Positions 1-14,036 of a stretch of DNA of 64,000 nt are shown piece by piece; positions within the stretch are counted from its first letter, which is position 1; each line of letters starts with the position of its first letter. Under the pieces are notes generated by a model that saw only the letters and a list, made by a program, of their open reading frames with translations, searched no databases and had not been told where the DNA came from. Position numbers and translations under genes: made by a program. Source of the stretch: Octopus vulgaris (Eukaryota); contig OX597837.1 in the NCBI GenBank assembly GCA_951406725.2, positions 8,556,001 through 8,620,000 of the forward strand, read 5' to 3'.

Positions 1-200
1 GACAGTACATGAACATCACATGGAAACACAAGTTCGGCAACATCATCATCGCAAATTATGCCGAACTCAGTCACAAGCATGGGAAGAGATGTAGAGAAAA
101 TGAGGCCCCTGCTGTGTTGGACATATACAAAGAATGCAGGGAAGTTAGTTGCCAAAACTTAATGCTTTACTCAGAGTTGATTGGCGGAACGTATAATGAG
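1..200 (+). CDS. Probable coding exon of an unidentified host gene (5' boundary at or before window start)
   Basis: Non-repetitive open frame QYMNITWKHKFGNIIIANYAELSHKHGKRCRENEAPAVLDIYKECREVSCQNLMLYSELIGGTYNE ending at a donor-like GAG|GTGCGT (201-206), phase 0. Downstream sequence degrades into GAT repeats. Protein family not recognised. Confidence 0.55.
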
Positions 201-290
201 GTGCGTATAGCCCCCACTGCTTCTACAATCATTAACTATTGCCGGCTTGTCTGTGGAGACGATGGAGATGATGCTGACTACCACGGCCGC

Positions 291-382
291 GACGATGATG
301 ATGATGGTGTGAAGTACGGATTAATATATTGCGGCTGACGATGATGATGATGGTGTGAAGTACGGATTAATATATTGCGGCT
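291..382 (+). repeat. Perfect 46-bp tandem duplication
   Basis: gacgatgatgatgatggtgtgaagtacggattaatatattgcggct occurs at 291-336 and 337-382. Confidence 0.9.
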
Positions 383-549
383 GAGCACGGTGAATCGGCA
401 GAATTATTAGAAAGTTACGAAAAACTAAATTCTTCGCATTACTTGACTTCTTGACGTTCTGAGTCCAACTAACGATTAGGTCACCTTTGCCGTTTATCCT
501 TGCGTGTGAGGGCGATGTACAAAACATACCACCAGTATTTAATAGGGTC

Positions 550-1175
550 AACATGGTGGACTGGCAGAACTGGTAACATGCCGGGCAAAATTCTTAGCGT
601 TATTTCGTCTGCCGTTACGTTCTAAGTTCAAATTCCGCTGAGGATAACTTTGCCTTTCAACTTTTCGGAGTCGATAAGTTAAGTACCAGTTGCGCACTGG
701 GTTCGATCTAATCGACTTACCCCCTCCCCACAAAATTTCGAGCCTTCTGCCTAGAGTAGAGTAATAAGGAGTATTTAATAGGGTCAAGATGGTGAGCTAG
801 TAGAACTGGTAAACGCCGGGCAAAATGCTTAGCGGTATTTTGTATGCCGTTACGTTCTGAGTCCAAATTCCGCCGAGGTCGACTTTGCGTTTCATCCTTT
901 CGGGGTTGATAAATTAAATACCAGTTACGCACTAGGGGTCGATGTAATCGACTTAATCCGTTTGTCTGTCCTTGTTTTCCCCCTCTGTGTTTAGCCCCTT
1001 GTGGGCAGAAAAGAAATAGGTACTTTGTCTGCCGCTACGTTCTGAGTTCAAATTGTGCCGAGGTCGACCTTGACTTTCATCCTCTGGGGTTCAACTAAAT
1101 AAGTACCAGTTACTCCCTAGGATCAATGTAATCGACTTAATCCCCTCCCCTATGTTACCCTTGTGACAAAAATGT
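550..1175 (+). mobile_element. Cluster of three copies of a tRNA-head SINE with a Meta-like central domain
   Basis: Repeated GAGCTGGCAGAA...GTTCTGAGTTCAAATTCCGCCGAGGTCGACTTTGCCTTTCATCCTTTCGGGGTCGATAAATTAAGTACCAG with B-box-like GTTCAAAT. The CTTTCATCCTTTCGGGGTCGATAAA segment resembles the Meta-SINE domain (from memory). Confidence 0.85.
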
Positions 1176-1578
1176 TTAATCATTATTATTAAGGATAAAA
1201 ACGGAAAATTTTTCGCAAGAGGGTCAATTCAGGGGACGGGTTAAGTAGAACAGACCAACCCCAGTACTCAAATAGTACTTGTTTCTTTTATCAACTCCGA
1301 AAAGATGAATGACAAATCATTGCTCTTCATTATTTCCTGGGCGATTAAATAAAGTACCAGTCAAATACGTGGGTCGATTTAACGTACTGAACCCTACCAT
1401 AGAATGGCAGTCCTTGTGCATAGGAAAGAAATCAATATTTATTAACTCTAACATAAATTATAGTTGGTGTGTCTATTTAATTGATATTAAAGCGGAGGGA
1501 ATCTTAATTGTTATATATCTTTCCCATTTAGCTGAAGAAATATTAATTGATAATTGTTATTTGTTGCTGTGTTCGCAG

Positions 1579-1617
1579 CAGGTATTCACGTCAATATGGC
1601 GACTACGACACTTGTGA
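1579..1617 (+). CDS. Candidate short terminal exon (QVFTSIWRLRHL*) of the gene at 1-200
   Basis: ttgttgctgtgttcgCAG|CAG tandem acceptor; the phase 0 reading is compatible with the upstream donor and ends at TGA 1615-1617. Inference only. Confidence 0.3.
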   Translation, partial: QVFTSIWRLRHL

Positions 1618-1953
1618 CGAGGAAATAATCCACTTAATAATGGTTGCCATAATCCCACCTTTGAAGGAGAGGAAAGGAGAGAAAAGACGAATGTTTTATG
1701 ATGTATACAGAATAATTGTCCATGTAGCAGAAATCATTCCATCTTCAACAGCAACACTAACCCTTCTCGAAGGTGATTGAATAATTCGCTAGAAATAGCA
1801 ACCAAATATACCAACAAATCACACACCAATGTCTGAATATAGAAAGCAACAAAAGAATATTCGAAAGTATGTAGCCGAAAATACAATATATCTAAAAAAT
1901 GATGGGATGGTCATGGTTAGAACACTTCTGATTACGGGTTTAAATAAAGCATG

Positions 1954-2005
<52 letters not shown>

Positions 2006-2769
2006 GTATGTATATATATATATATGTATGTATGTATGTAAGTGTGTAAGTATGTATATATGTATATATGCATGTATGTATGTATGTATGTATGTGTGAG
2101 TGCGTGTGTGTGTGCATGTATGTGTCTTAAGGGTTCATTTTATGTTAGAATAAAAGCATATTAAACTGAATGTTTGCTCAATATATTTGGTAGAATACAA
2201 GCTTATAATTTTTTAACAAGAATACTAGTGACAGTAACTTCGAAGTTTTGGTCAGCTACGCCAACATCGGACTACATATATACATACACATACACATGTG
2301 CACACACACATGTGCACACACACATACACATACATATATGGGGTGTACATGTATATGTATGTAGATATATGTGTACCTGTAATAATGTTTGTTTTCATGT
2401 AATTATAATAGAAGAAAACACTTTTACATTAAACTGAAGCATTACTCAATACTTTTGTTAGAGTATAGCTTTAATATACTTTAACATGAACAATATTTAC
2501 AGAGACTTCGATGCACAATTTTTTTTGGTACAATAACTAATTAAATATCCAATTCACATACCTATTCGAATCTCAATTGTGCAAACTAGACACAACATAT
2601 TTTTCAAAATTTGATTTAATTTGTATTCTTCAATAAACCTGTTTTGTCTTTAACTTTATTTGAATATAATTTTATTACTGTAACTGTCAGTACTAAGCCT
2701 GTACTTCCATACAATATTCAGTTAATAGTTCTGCAACAGCTACATTTTCTAGGCAATCGTCTTGAGTTA

Positions 2770-2930
2770 CTTGGTCTTTATGTTCTGAGTTCAAATTCTG
2801 CCGAGGTCGACTTTGCCTGTCATCTTTTCAGGGTCGATAAATTAAGTACGAGTTGCGCACAGGGGTTGATCTAATCGACTGGCTTCCTCCCCACAAATAT
2901 CGGGCCTTCTACCTAGAGTAGAAAAGAATT
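2770..2930 (+). mobile_element. Meta-like SINE, 5'-truncated copy
   Basis: gttctgagttcaaattctgccgaggtcgactttgcc...gtcgataaattaagtac matches the family at 550-1175. Confidence 0.8.
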
Positions 2931-3452
2931 TTCTTGAGCTATTTTCATTACACTAAAGGCAAGCATGCAATTTATTGATTCAAAGTAAAGGTTAAATTTG
3001 TGAGTAGAACCAACCACTCCACAAAAAGAAACAAAAAGGAAGGTATCAGATTGATCGTAACTCTATTAAATGGAACTGTTTTTGAAAGATAAACACCTAT
3101 AATAGCAATAGTATGAGGACATGTGCAGCACGTTGCAACAACCACCATTTCGTGGTGATTCCGCACGCCTAGCAGATGATACCTTTTTGTTACTCACGCG
3201 ACAACACTCCAGCCTAGAACTCTATTTTTGGGTAGTCCTTGCTGGTTAGGGTTTTACGAGGTCTGCGTACAAACCCTACCTCAACCTCCTTTTACTCGCC
3301 TTTAACTGTTTAAGTCTCTCTGAGAGATTTAGAAATGCAATACTTCTAATTTCCTATTTATATTTATGGATAACACAATCACAAACAGGCATTCCGGTAG
3401 AATGTATAGTACCTCGGGCACTTGCAACAAACATTATTACAGATACACTTAC

Positions 3453-3484
<32 letters not shown>

Positions 3485-3900
3485 CATTTGTCTTTTTTTA
3501 GCGGGATTTCTTCAGAAACATTAATTGCTGGGTGCCTTTCATAATTTCGGAGTCGAAAAAGGAAATTCTAATGAAGTGATTATATTAAGAACTCATTTTG
3601 GTGACACAAATGAAAGAGAGACGTTTTAAGGCTACAATAAGGAGAAACAATTTTAATGTTACCTCTTCAAAATTGTTAAGGATTACGGAATGCGTATTTT
3701 TCTGTAAGGAGAATACGGCTCCAGTTTCAAGAGAAGGTTAGGGAGTAGATTTCGTGCTCAAAATGTTCTTGTAATTAGCATTCGCTGATGTCGTTACAGC
3801 AAGTTAAAATGATAATTCTTCGGCAGCCCAAAGACAATTAATACGATTTAAAAACTGTTTGCCAAAGTAGATTTAAATAAATTAATCCTTAAAAATAAAT

Positions 3901-3902
<2 letters not shown>

Positions 3903-3956
<54 letters not shown>

Positions 3957-4019
3957 GTTATCATCATCATCATCATCATCATCATCACCACCATGATCAT
4001 CATCATTGTCGTCGTCATC

Positions 4020-4062
<43 letters not shown>

Positions 4063-4081
4063 GTCGTCGTCGTCGTCGTCG

Positions 4082-4131
<50 letters not shown>

Positions 4132-4178
4132 TTCATCATCATCGTCGTCGTCGTCGTCGTTGTCATCGTCGTCATCAT
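3903..4178. repeat. Compound (CAT)n/(CGT)n microsatellite
   Basis: Direct reading of sequence. Confidence 0.95.
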
Positions 4179-4299
4179 ACGAGTACCTGTTTTCATGCTA
4201 ATTTAATTAGCAGAGAAGTTATCCCGAGGTTTTGCAACTAGAAGAGTTCTCAAATCTTCAGAATATTTTTTAGTAGGATTCTTGCAGAATACAGAATGT

Positions 4300-5060
4300 C
4301 TTTTTTTTTTCTTTTGGTTTCTGTTGGTCGACAACATGTAACTCTTTTAGCCTTCAGCTTCATTAGTTAATAGTTTGAGTGTTGTACCGAATGCACCAAT
4401 CAAAACAGGAATAATTTCTCTTCAGTCTTCGACAATCTCTTAAATCCTCTGGCTTGGATCTGATATTTTCTCAATTCTCTCAATTTCCTTGGTTTCCATT
4501 TTGTTATCAAATGGAATAGCAAAATCTATAAGTCTCTAAAATTATAGCTGTTTTCTTTCCACCACAATTATATCTAGGCTCTTATTTTATAGAGATAACC
4601 CATAAAATCCCTTAATTATTTTTATCTCCCATGAGTCCTTGATTCCAGTTCATAAAATGTTTCTGCTACTTTGAATCCATACAGTCGGCTAACGTCACAA
4701 CGAACTCTTTTACCGATAGAAGCAATCTTGCGTTCATACTCTTTTTGCGCTAGCTTACTTTATTCGCTTAACATGTGATTCATACTTTTATACCCTTTCC
4801 CACAAATTCTGAATTTGCTCTATCGCTGAATTTTATCACACTTTGTCTTTATCAGGTTCGTTCAAATGGCTTGCTCCTAAGCGGCTATAATCAGCGATTT
4901 ATTTTCTCGTTTTAGATTTCTATCTATCAGCCTTAACCAGTGCATTTTACTTCCAAAATTCTCGGTTTAATGCATGAATCAGTCATGTAATAATTTTCCT
5001 TTCTCACTATTTTCTCCTGTCACTCTTCTCTCTCTCTCCTTAAATTCTCTCACCATTTCC
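4300..5060 (-). mobile_element. Old degenerate R4/Dong-like non-LTR retrotransposon fragment (RLE region)
   Basis: Minus-strand peptides LIIAA*EQAI, NHMLSE*SKLAQKEYER, LIDFAIPFDNKMETKEIERIEKYQ and EIIPVLIGAFGTT parallel the ORF at 6080-6897; multiple stops and frameshifts. Confidence 0.75.
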
Positions 5061-5723
5061 ATTAATTGTTGGTTATTTCTGCAGATAATATTCGCTTTTC
5101 ACCGTGCTGCTGCTATTTTTATTACTATTACTAAGATTATGGGGCGGTATAAACGGCAGGCTAAGTTACATTATGCCCGTCAGTACATGTTCTGTCTCTT
5201 TACGATCGGGGTTCATATTTCACCGACATCAACTTTGAATTCCCTCCTTTCAAGGTTGCTAAAATCGAGGACCATAACATCAATGTATTGATTGATGATA
5301 TGGTCTAACACATATCTTCAAATGTGAATGCAACCGGGAAGAATCGTTAGCGAGTTTGGACAAAACGCTTAGCAACAGTCATTCTGTTTCTTTACGTCCA
5401 GGGTTTTTAAAATTCCACCAAGTTCGCGTTTGCCTTTTATCATTTGGGCGTCGCTAAAGTAAGCACCACTTGAGGACTTGGATCGATGTAATCAACTTTC
5501 TCCTCATATCAACAATTGCTCGCCTTTAGCCAGAATGAGAGAAAGACTTCATCATCATCATCATAATCATCATCATCATCATCATCATCATCAGTATCAT
5601 CATCATCATCATCATCATCCTCATCATCATCACCATCACCATCACCATCATCATCATCATCACCACCACCATCATCACCACCACCACGACCACCATCGCC
5701 ACCACCACCACCATAACCACCAC

Positions 5724-5758
<35 letters not shown>

Positions 5759-5761
5759 CCA

Positions 5762-5903
5762 TCTAGAACAACACTATGTACAAAACCAAATATATGGCAC
5801 CCTAGGCATAACACCAGAATGAACTTCCAACCTGTTGTCTCTTGAGGTCTCTGGGTGAGACTCGGAGCCAACTTGTACAAATGCAAAGCAAAAGTCAAAA
5901 AAA
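5762..5903 (+). mobile_element. Probable retroelement 3' end terminating in the (TAA)n array
   Basis: Unique ~140-bp stretch between (CAT/CAC)n and an A-run followed by (TAA)n; same context as the neighbouring Dong-like copies. Confidence 0.4.
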
Positions 5904-6046
<143 letters not shown>

Positions 6047-6061
6047 TAATAATAATAATAA

Positions 6062-6991
6062 TAAATAGCTATAAAACAAATGAAATCCAAACTAAAAATA
6101 GAACAGCAACGAACCATGATAAAACGATGGCAAGAAAAGCCCCTTCATGGTAAATACTGGACTAAACTAAACGCAAAAGAAATAGACAAAGAAAAATCCC
6201 AGCAATGGTTGAGAAGCTCAGGACTCAAAGCAGAAACAGAGGGATTTTTAATTGCAGCACAAGACCAAAGCCTCCCCACCAGAAATTACCAAAAACATGT
6301 AATGAAAAGAAATATTACAAGTAACTGCAGAATATGTGGAGATGGACAAGAAACAATAAATCATATTATCTCTAGCTGCCCAGTCCTGGCTAAGAAGGAA
6401 TATATTCACAGACATGACAGAGTTGGAACCTACATACATTGGAAGCTATGCCAACATTATGGAATAACAACAGAAAAAAGATGGTATAGGCACACACCAG
6501 AAAAGGTCACAGAAAACGAGAGGGCAACCATACTCTGGGATATGCCGATACACACAGATAGAGAAATTAAGGCCAACAGGCCAGATATAGTTGTCAGAGA
6601 TCATGAAGAAGAAAAAAATGCTTTCTAATTGATGTATCAATACCGGCAGATGACAACGTGTCTCTAAAAGAAATGGAGAAACTCTCAAAATACAAAGACC
6701 TGGAAATAGAGGTAACTAGAATGTGGAATCTGAAAACAGAAACAATTCCTATCATAGTAGGTGCATCAGGCATGATAAAAAAATATACAGATAAATACAT
6801 AACAAAAACACCAGGACTTACAAACACATATAACATACAGAAAATTGCACTACTAGGCACTGCACACATCCTACGCAGAACACTTTCCATACAATAACCA
6901 TCAGAGCATCACAACAAATCACAGCACATACCCAAGGCACACAGAGCTGCGCTCGGTAGTGAAGTGAAAGCACGCTATAAAAATAAAACTA

Positions 6992-6995
<4 letters not shown>
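6062..6995 (+). mobile_element. 5'-truncated R4/Dong-clade non-LTR retrotransposon (CCHC knuckle plus restriction-like endonuclease, 3' UTR)
   Basis: ORF 6080-6628 has CRICGDGQETINHIISSC, RHD and RPDIVV. After a frameshift in the A-run near 6612-6618 it continues CFLIDVSIPADDNVSLKEMEKLSKYKDLEIEV...PIIVGASG to the stop at 6897. Flanked on both sides by (TAA)n, the known Dong target type. Confidence 0.92.
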
Positions 6996-7054
<59 letters not shown>

Positions 7055-7057
<3 letters not shown>

Positions 7058-7307
7058 TCCTATCATAGTAGGTGCATTAGGCATGATAAAAAAATATTCA
7101 GACAAATACATAACAAAAACACCAGGACTTACAAACACATATAACATACAGAAAATTGCACTACTAGGCACTGCACACATCCTACGCAGAACACTTTCCA
7201 TACAATAACCATCAGAGCATCACAACAAATCACAGCACATACCCAAGGCACACAGAGCTGCGCTCGGTAGTGAAGTGAAAGCACGCTATAAAAAATAAAA
7301 CTACTGA
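7055..7307 (+). mobile_element. Second, more truncated copy of the same Dong-like element
   Basis: Near-identical to 6745-6995 (attcctatcatagtaggtgca...aaactactg), embedded in (TAA)n. Confidence 0.92.
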
Positions 7308-7328
7308 ATAATAATAATAATAATAATG

Positions 7329-7386
<58 letters not shown>

Positions 7387-7398
7387 TGATAATAATAA

Positions 7399-7463
<65 letters not shown>

Positions 7464-7466
<3 letters not shown>

Positions 7467-7634
7467 CTTGATATGAGATCACCAATCTTGATATGAGATC
7501 ACCATGTCGGGCATATATGGTTGTGATGCATGTGCCTGGTGTGCCCTTATAAGACGGGTAGTCATGATGGGTATATTGGGCTTCGTATATTTTACCCCAG
7601 TGTCACTTTGATGGCATGCACTGCTCTCTCACTC
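7464..7634 (+). mobile_element. Unrelated insert in the (TAA)n array, probable retroelement 3' end with a 20-bp 5' duplication
   Basis: Unique 170-bp sequence flanked by (TAA)n on both sides; aatcttgatatgagatcacc repeated at 7464-7483 and 7484-7503. Confidence 0.5.
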
Positions 7635-7684
<50 letters not shown>

Positions 7685-7703
7685 TAATAATAATAATGAT
7701 AAT

Positions 7704-7763
<60 letters not shown>

Positions 7764-7767
7764 TATG

Positions 7768-7949
<182 letters not shown>

Positions 7950-7970
7950 AGTAATAATAATAATAATAAT

Positions 7971-8100
7971 AGGGCGTTTGACCTAGTGTTTAGTGGTTAG
8001 GGTGTTGCACTTACGATCGCGAGATCCCGGTTTCAATTCCTAGACCGGGTGATGAGTTGTGTTCTGAAGCAAAACACTTCATCTCACGTTGATCTGCCAC
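7971..8100 (+). mobile_element. tRNA-derived SINE head fragment
   Basis: tagtggttagggtg...gatcccggtttcaattcc has A-box and B-box-like motifs and resembles 11538-11650. Confidence 0.6.
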
Positions 8101-8839
8101 CACTTCGATATCTTAGAATTATTATTGTTATTTTTGTTGTTGTTGTCGTTGATGTTGTTATGAAAACAACAGCCACGAGAATCATCAACAAGACAGAAGG
8201 AGAAAAACAGGAATTAAACAAAAGAAAATATTAAATCCTCGTCGAACAACAAACCGCAAAACATCAAGGTTTATACGTTTCCATTTAAACGGCACCGCAT
8301 CTAACTTTCGTTTCTGAACAATATTTCGGATTTAGAAGACATATCTCGTGAGTCTTTGAACAAATAAAACCATTTCGTTTGATTCCTCGCTACATTTAGT
8401 TAACTTTTTTTTTTGATTTTGAAATCGTAGTTGTATGTACACAAATGTGGTGCAAAATGAACCGAGCGACGGCGCATCAAAGAGAGAGAGAGAGAGAGAG
8501 AGAGAGACACACACACACACACACATGTTATGTATAGAATGGAAGATATGTTGTGTGCGTACGAAGATATATGAAGACGCACACACACACACACACACAC
8601 AAACAAACACATACGCAGATATGCATACGCAAATACACAAACACGCGCTCACACGAAGCATATGCGTCATGCTTACACGTTTGTTAGTGATGTAATTGCG
8701 TGATGTAGACTGTGGGGGGGTGTAGATGAAACACATAGGTACCCACACTCGCGCGCGCACACATGTTGATATCCATTAGGTAAGCGTTGCCACGTAAACA
8801 AACATACACTGACGTACGGAAATAAATACCGCATGAAGA

Positions 8840-9752
8840 CAGGAGGGGGAGGAGGAGGAGAAGGAGGAGGAGAAGGAGGAGGAAGAGAAGTTGTAGGAGG
8901 AGTAAAAGGGAGAGAAGAAGAAAAGAAGGAGTGCGAGAAGTTGAAGGAGGAGAGGAGAAGAAGAAGGAGGAGAAGAAGAAGAAGAAGAAGAAGAAGAAGA
9001 AGAAGAAGAAGAAGAAGAAGAAGAAGAAGAAGAAGATGAGGTAGGAAAAGGAGGAGAAAAAGGAGAAGGAGAAGAAGAAGAAGAAGAAGAAGAAAAAGGA
9101 GGAGAAGAGAGAAGAAGAAGCAGAAGAAGGAGAAGAAGAAGTAGAAGAAAAAGAAGAAGAAGGAGAAGAGGAAGAAGGAGAAGGAGGAGAAGAAGAAGAA
9201 GAAGAAGAAGAAGAAGAATATATGGGGATTGAAACGAATAAGACAGGTGGCTGTGAGGGAGAAGAATGATGAGAAGGTGAAGAAGAGGAGGAAGAGGAGA
9301 AGATGAGAAAGTAGGAGAAGAAGAAAGACAAGAAGAAAGGAAGACAAAGTGGAAGGAAGAGGAGCAAGAAACGCAGGGGATGTGAGGAAGAGATGAGAGA
9401 GAAAGAATGCGAGAAGATAAAGAAAGACGGGGCAAAGATGAAGAAGAAGCAGAACAACAACAACACCAACAACTACGGCAAGTTGAGATGAAGAGAAAGA
9501 GGAAATATGATGACGAAGATGAATGAAGAAGAATACAAAAGGAGGATGAAAATGGGGAGATGAAGGAGAGGTCAGAATTGCGATGAAAAACTAAGAGAAG
9601 AAGAGGAAAAAAAGATGAAGTGCAAGTGGAGAAGGAAAATGATTGTGATGACGATGTTGACGGAGATGACAACAACGATGAGGAGGACGATGATGATGAT
9701 GATAAAAATAACAATAACAATAATAATAATAATAATGTTGATGATGATGATG

Positions 9753-9801
<49 letters not shown>

Positions 9802-9857
9802 TAACAATAATGATGATGATGTTGATGATGAGAATGATGATAATAATAATAATGATG

Positions 9858-9888
<31 letters not shown>

Positions 9889-9890
9889 GT

Positions 9891-9931
<41 letters not shown>

Positions 9932-9974
9932 GATGATGATGATGATAATGATGATTATGATGAGGAGGAGGAGG

Positions 9975-10015
<41 letters not shown>

Positions 10016-10160
10016 AGTGATGATAATGATAATAAAAATAATAATAATAATAATAATGATAATAAAAATAATAATAATAATAATAATAATAACAATAATA
10101 ATAATAGTAATAATAATAATAATAACAATAATAATAATAGTAATAATAATAATAATACTA
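8840..10160. repeat. Purine-rich (GAA/GGA)n and (GAT)/(TAA)n low-complexity block
   Basis: Direct reading; source of the long low-complexity ORFs 8673-10261. Confidence 0.95.
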
Positions 10161-10869
10161 CGGAGAAGAGAAGGAATTATTATTTCTTTGAATACATGAA
10201 TTAAATATTCATATTTCTTCTTGTGAGGTTGTTGTAAACATACAGATGTTTTAACAGACACACGAAGCGTCCTCCATTACCAACAACAATCGGTTGCGTG
10301 TTTATCTCAAATCTGCCCCTGTTTCATGTTTAACAGTTCGTACTGGTAGATTAATAAGTCCTACTAACGTCGCTCTATGCATCGTAATACATCTGCGTGC
10401 AATTTATATGTGCTATCCGAATCTATGAGTGTGTGTGTGTGTGCGTGGTTGTGCGTGAATGTGCGTGCGTGTGGCTGGGATGGTGTGCGAATGTGCTTAT
10501 TTCTGTTTCATTGGATGTATGTATGTATGTGTGTGTTTTTTGTGTGTGTCGTTGAGTGCTTACTTTGGGTGGTTCCGTGGTATGAGTGTACGTATTATGC
10601 AGTGTCGTCATGTATATATGGTGTATATATACCAACGGACGTGTATATACGGGTGTGTATTATTGTGTATGTATATATGTACGTATGCTTGCCGGAATGC
10701 ATGTATCTCTGCATTTATCTATGCATATTCGTGTGTGTAAATAACTATACATGCATATATGTATGTACTTATCTATATATATACACATGCCTACATACAT
10801 ACATATATACACACATATATACATACATACGTACATAACTATACATATATTCAATTCATACATACATAT

Positions 10870-10949
<80 letters not shown>

Positions 10950-11155
10950 TTATAAAATGAGATAGGGGTTGAAAATTCAACCCACCATGGGATAATATAT
11001 ATCCATTGATTTAAGTATGTTTCTCCATTCTTCTAATTTTGTAGTTATATATATATATATACACACACATATATATATAAATAGATACATACATACATGC
11101 ATGTTCATATTGTATGAATACATATATAAATATATCTGTATATATATATATATAA

Positions 11156-11195
<40 letters not shown>

Positions 11196-11375
11196 ATATT
11201 TCGGAATGGTCATATTGCCAGTTTAGCCAATAAAAACACACGCACTATATATTTGGTGTTATTTTGCTTCAGTGATATTTATTTTTTACATTAATCTTAA
11301 TCTTATTTCGGCCAAAGTTCTTTCGTTTCAACACACGACTTCACATAAAAAATCTTGCACAACAAATATTTAAAC

Positions 11376-11462
<87 letters not shown>

Positions 11463-11537
11463 TATATTTATATATGTATTCATACAATATGAACATGCAT
11501 GTATGTATGTATCTATTTATATATATGTGTGTGTGTG

Positions 11538-11868
11538 AAGGCGCATAGCTCAGTGGTTAGAGCGTCGAGCTTACGATCGTGAGGCTGTGATTCCGATTCT
11601 CGGACCGGGCTGCGTGTTGTGTTCTTGAGCAAGACACTTTATTTCACGTTTCTCCAGTTCACTCAGCTGTAGAAATGAGTTGCGACGTCACAGGTGCCAA
11701 GCTGCATCATCCTTTACCTTTCCCTTGGATGACATCGGTGGCGTGGAGAGGAGAGGCTGGTATGCACGGGCGACTGCTGGTCTTCTACAAAACAAACTTG
11801 CCAGGACTTGTGCCTTGGAGGGAGACTTTGTATGTGGAATCCCATGGTCATTCATGGCCGAAGGGAGT
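11538..11868 (+). mobile_element. tRNA-derived SINE (third family)
   Basis: Head ggcgcatagctcagtggttagagcg (A box), B-box-like ttccgattc, then ttgagcaagacactttatttcacg...cagctgtagaaatgagt; ends in (CT)n. Confidence 0.75.
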
Positions 11869-11907
11869 CTCTCTCTCTCTCTCACACACACACACACTCT
11901 CTCTCTC

Positions 11908-11952
<45 letters not shown>

Positions 11953-12721
11953 GCATGGCAAATGGAAGTCGGAAGATAGAATATATATATATATATTACG
12001 TATTTAATCCGCGTAACGCCAATAATTTTTTAAATGGAGACTATTCGAAGATAAAATATTTGATTTGCTTACCCAGAACTTGATCTGAGTATGATTCTTT
12101 TCAGTTAGTCTTACATTTTGTATAACTCTGACGGAAAGTGCGAATGCCTATATATATATATATATATGTATTGTATCTAGTGCTTAGTGTGTCAGTAACG
12201 TACGTGAAGAAGGGAATTGTGTTGTCGTCAGTAGGTCTACTTCATTTGGAATATCGAATTTCAAATTGAATATTGTCTGAGTGGTTCATTGGCTTTGGAA
12301 TTAATACAAAATTACATTCTTGTAGAAAATACTTGAATTAGACCTTGACGAGATCATGTACGTGACATGTCAGAGTTTCCTCTTCCCCTCGTTCCAGCAC
12401 ACGTTTGGAATTTTAAGAGTATACTTCAAAAAATGAAGGTTAAGTAATTTAAATCTATGCTTCTATTTCCTAATATAGGATTAGTTGAGCATAACTATAT
12501 ATGCATCATTAGGCGTGGCTGTGTGGTAAGAAGCTTGCTACCCGACCACATCGTTCTCGGGTCAGTCTTCTACTATACCCTTGGGTTGAGCAAAGACTTG
12601 TGAGTTCTTTTGGTTTGCGGAGACCGAAAGAAGCCCTCATATCCCGTCATATATATATCCCGTCATATTATATACCCGCCCGTCATATACCCGTCATATA
12701 TATATCCCTCTAATAATACCC

Positions 12722-12777
<56 letters not shown>

Positions 12778-12876
12778 TTAAGGTGTATTATGAGCATTTA
12801 TAGAACACGCTCCTATATAAACTGAACAAAGATGGAGCAGAGGAAATGTTATAAATTTTGATAGCAATTTAATCTA

Positions 12877-12980
12877 TGCATACGATCGTTTCAAGTAATA
12901 ACACTAAGGTGTAAGAGACATGGGAGAGATCAAATTAATTATAATTTATTTAATTATATATTACCATTCTCGTCAGTGCA
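12877..12980 (-). ncRNA. Type I hammerhead ribozyme motif with long stem II (Penelope-like pLTR remnant)
   Basis: Minus strand: TGCA-CTGACGA-[..GGTAATATA..TGTATTACTT]-GAAA-CGATCG-TA-TGCA. Stem I TGCA/TGCA, palindromic stem III, GUA cleavage triplet. Confidence 0.75.
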
Positions 12981-13069
12981 AAAAATGAAGGGAACATCTG
13001 AAAAGTCGTAACAGGGGAAATATGTTGTTACACGTTATATGTATGTATGTAGATATATGCATACATACA

Positions 13070-13139
<70 letters not shown>

Positions 13140-13931
13140 TGTTTACGAAAAGAGCAAAAGACGAAGACAGGTGGTGTACAAAACAAAAAAATGTATTAGT
13201 TTAACGCTCAGGAGTAGAAAGTCATTTACGTTTCGAGCCAACGCTCATCAACGGAAGGGAATTCAGAAAAACAAGGAGAGAAACAAGAAGACAAAAAAAA
13301 AAATGTGTGTACTGGCTAACGATCTATCATGGCGACTGCCGGACGAAAGGGTCACACTCGAGAGGCTAATAAGTAGGGGAGATAATAAAGTAAAGATGAC
13401 CACCAACACGAATTTGCGTGTGAAAGAGGGCTGGTGGTCTGGACAATATTTGGGATCGATTTGTTCGACTACAGGTTGTGTTCCAGTATGGCCACAGTCA
13501 AATGACCGAAAGAGAGTAGTGCAAATTGGTTTAAGCATAATGCTGCTATATTATGATATAGGTTTGATACAAATAGCAGCTACTATTCTAAGAAAGATGG
13601 GAGTTTCTTTTACATTATGACAAGAGATTCATCAGTTGCTAAAATGTTAGAGTTATCCATATTATTTCTCTGTGTGGAAGATAATGCCAATGAATATTTA
13701 CATAAATTTCGATTCTCAACGGAAAAATATAAGCATCGTAATTTGCTTCCCTTCAATTAATTTTCTCTCAGCGTATGTATGCATGTGAGAATCTGAGTAT
13801 GTCTACGTATGTATGTATGTATGTATGTATGTATGTATCTATGAATGTATGTATGTATGTATGTATGTAGGTATGTATCTATGTATGTATGTACGTATGC
13901 ATGTGTGTGTATACTATGCACATATATTTGC

Positions 13932-13966
<35 letters not shown>

Positions 13967-13993
13967 CGTACATATACGTATATATATCAATAC

Positions 13994-14036
<43 letters not shown>

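Noticed and set aside
6080-6897. Functional or programmed-frameshift endonuclease gene
   Set aside because: The element is 5'-truncated with no RT domain, and the copy at 15.9 kb is in frame at the same position, so this is an ordinary indel.
11538-11610. tRNA genes (also 21335-21405 and 49190-49265)
   Set aside because: A and B boxes are present but there is no complete cloverleaf, and each continues into a SINE body.
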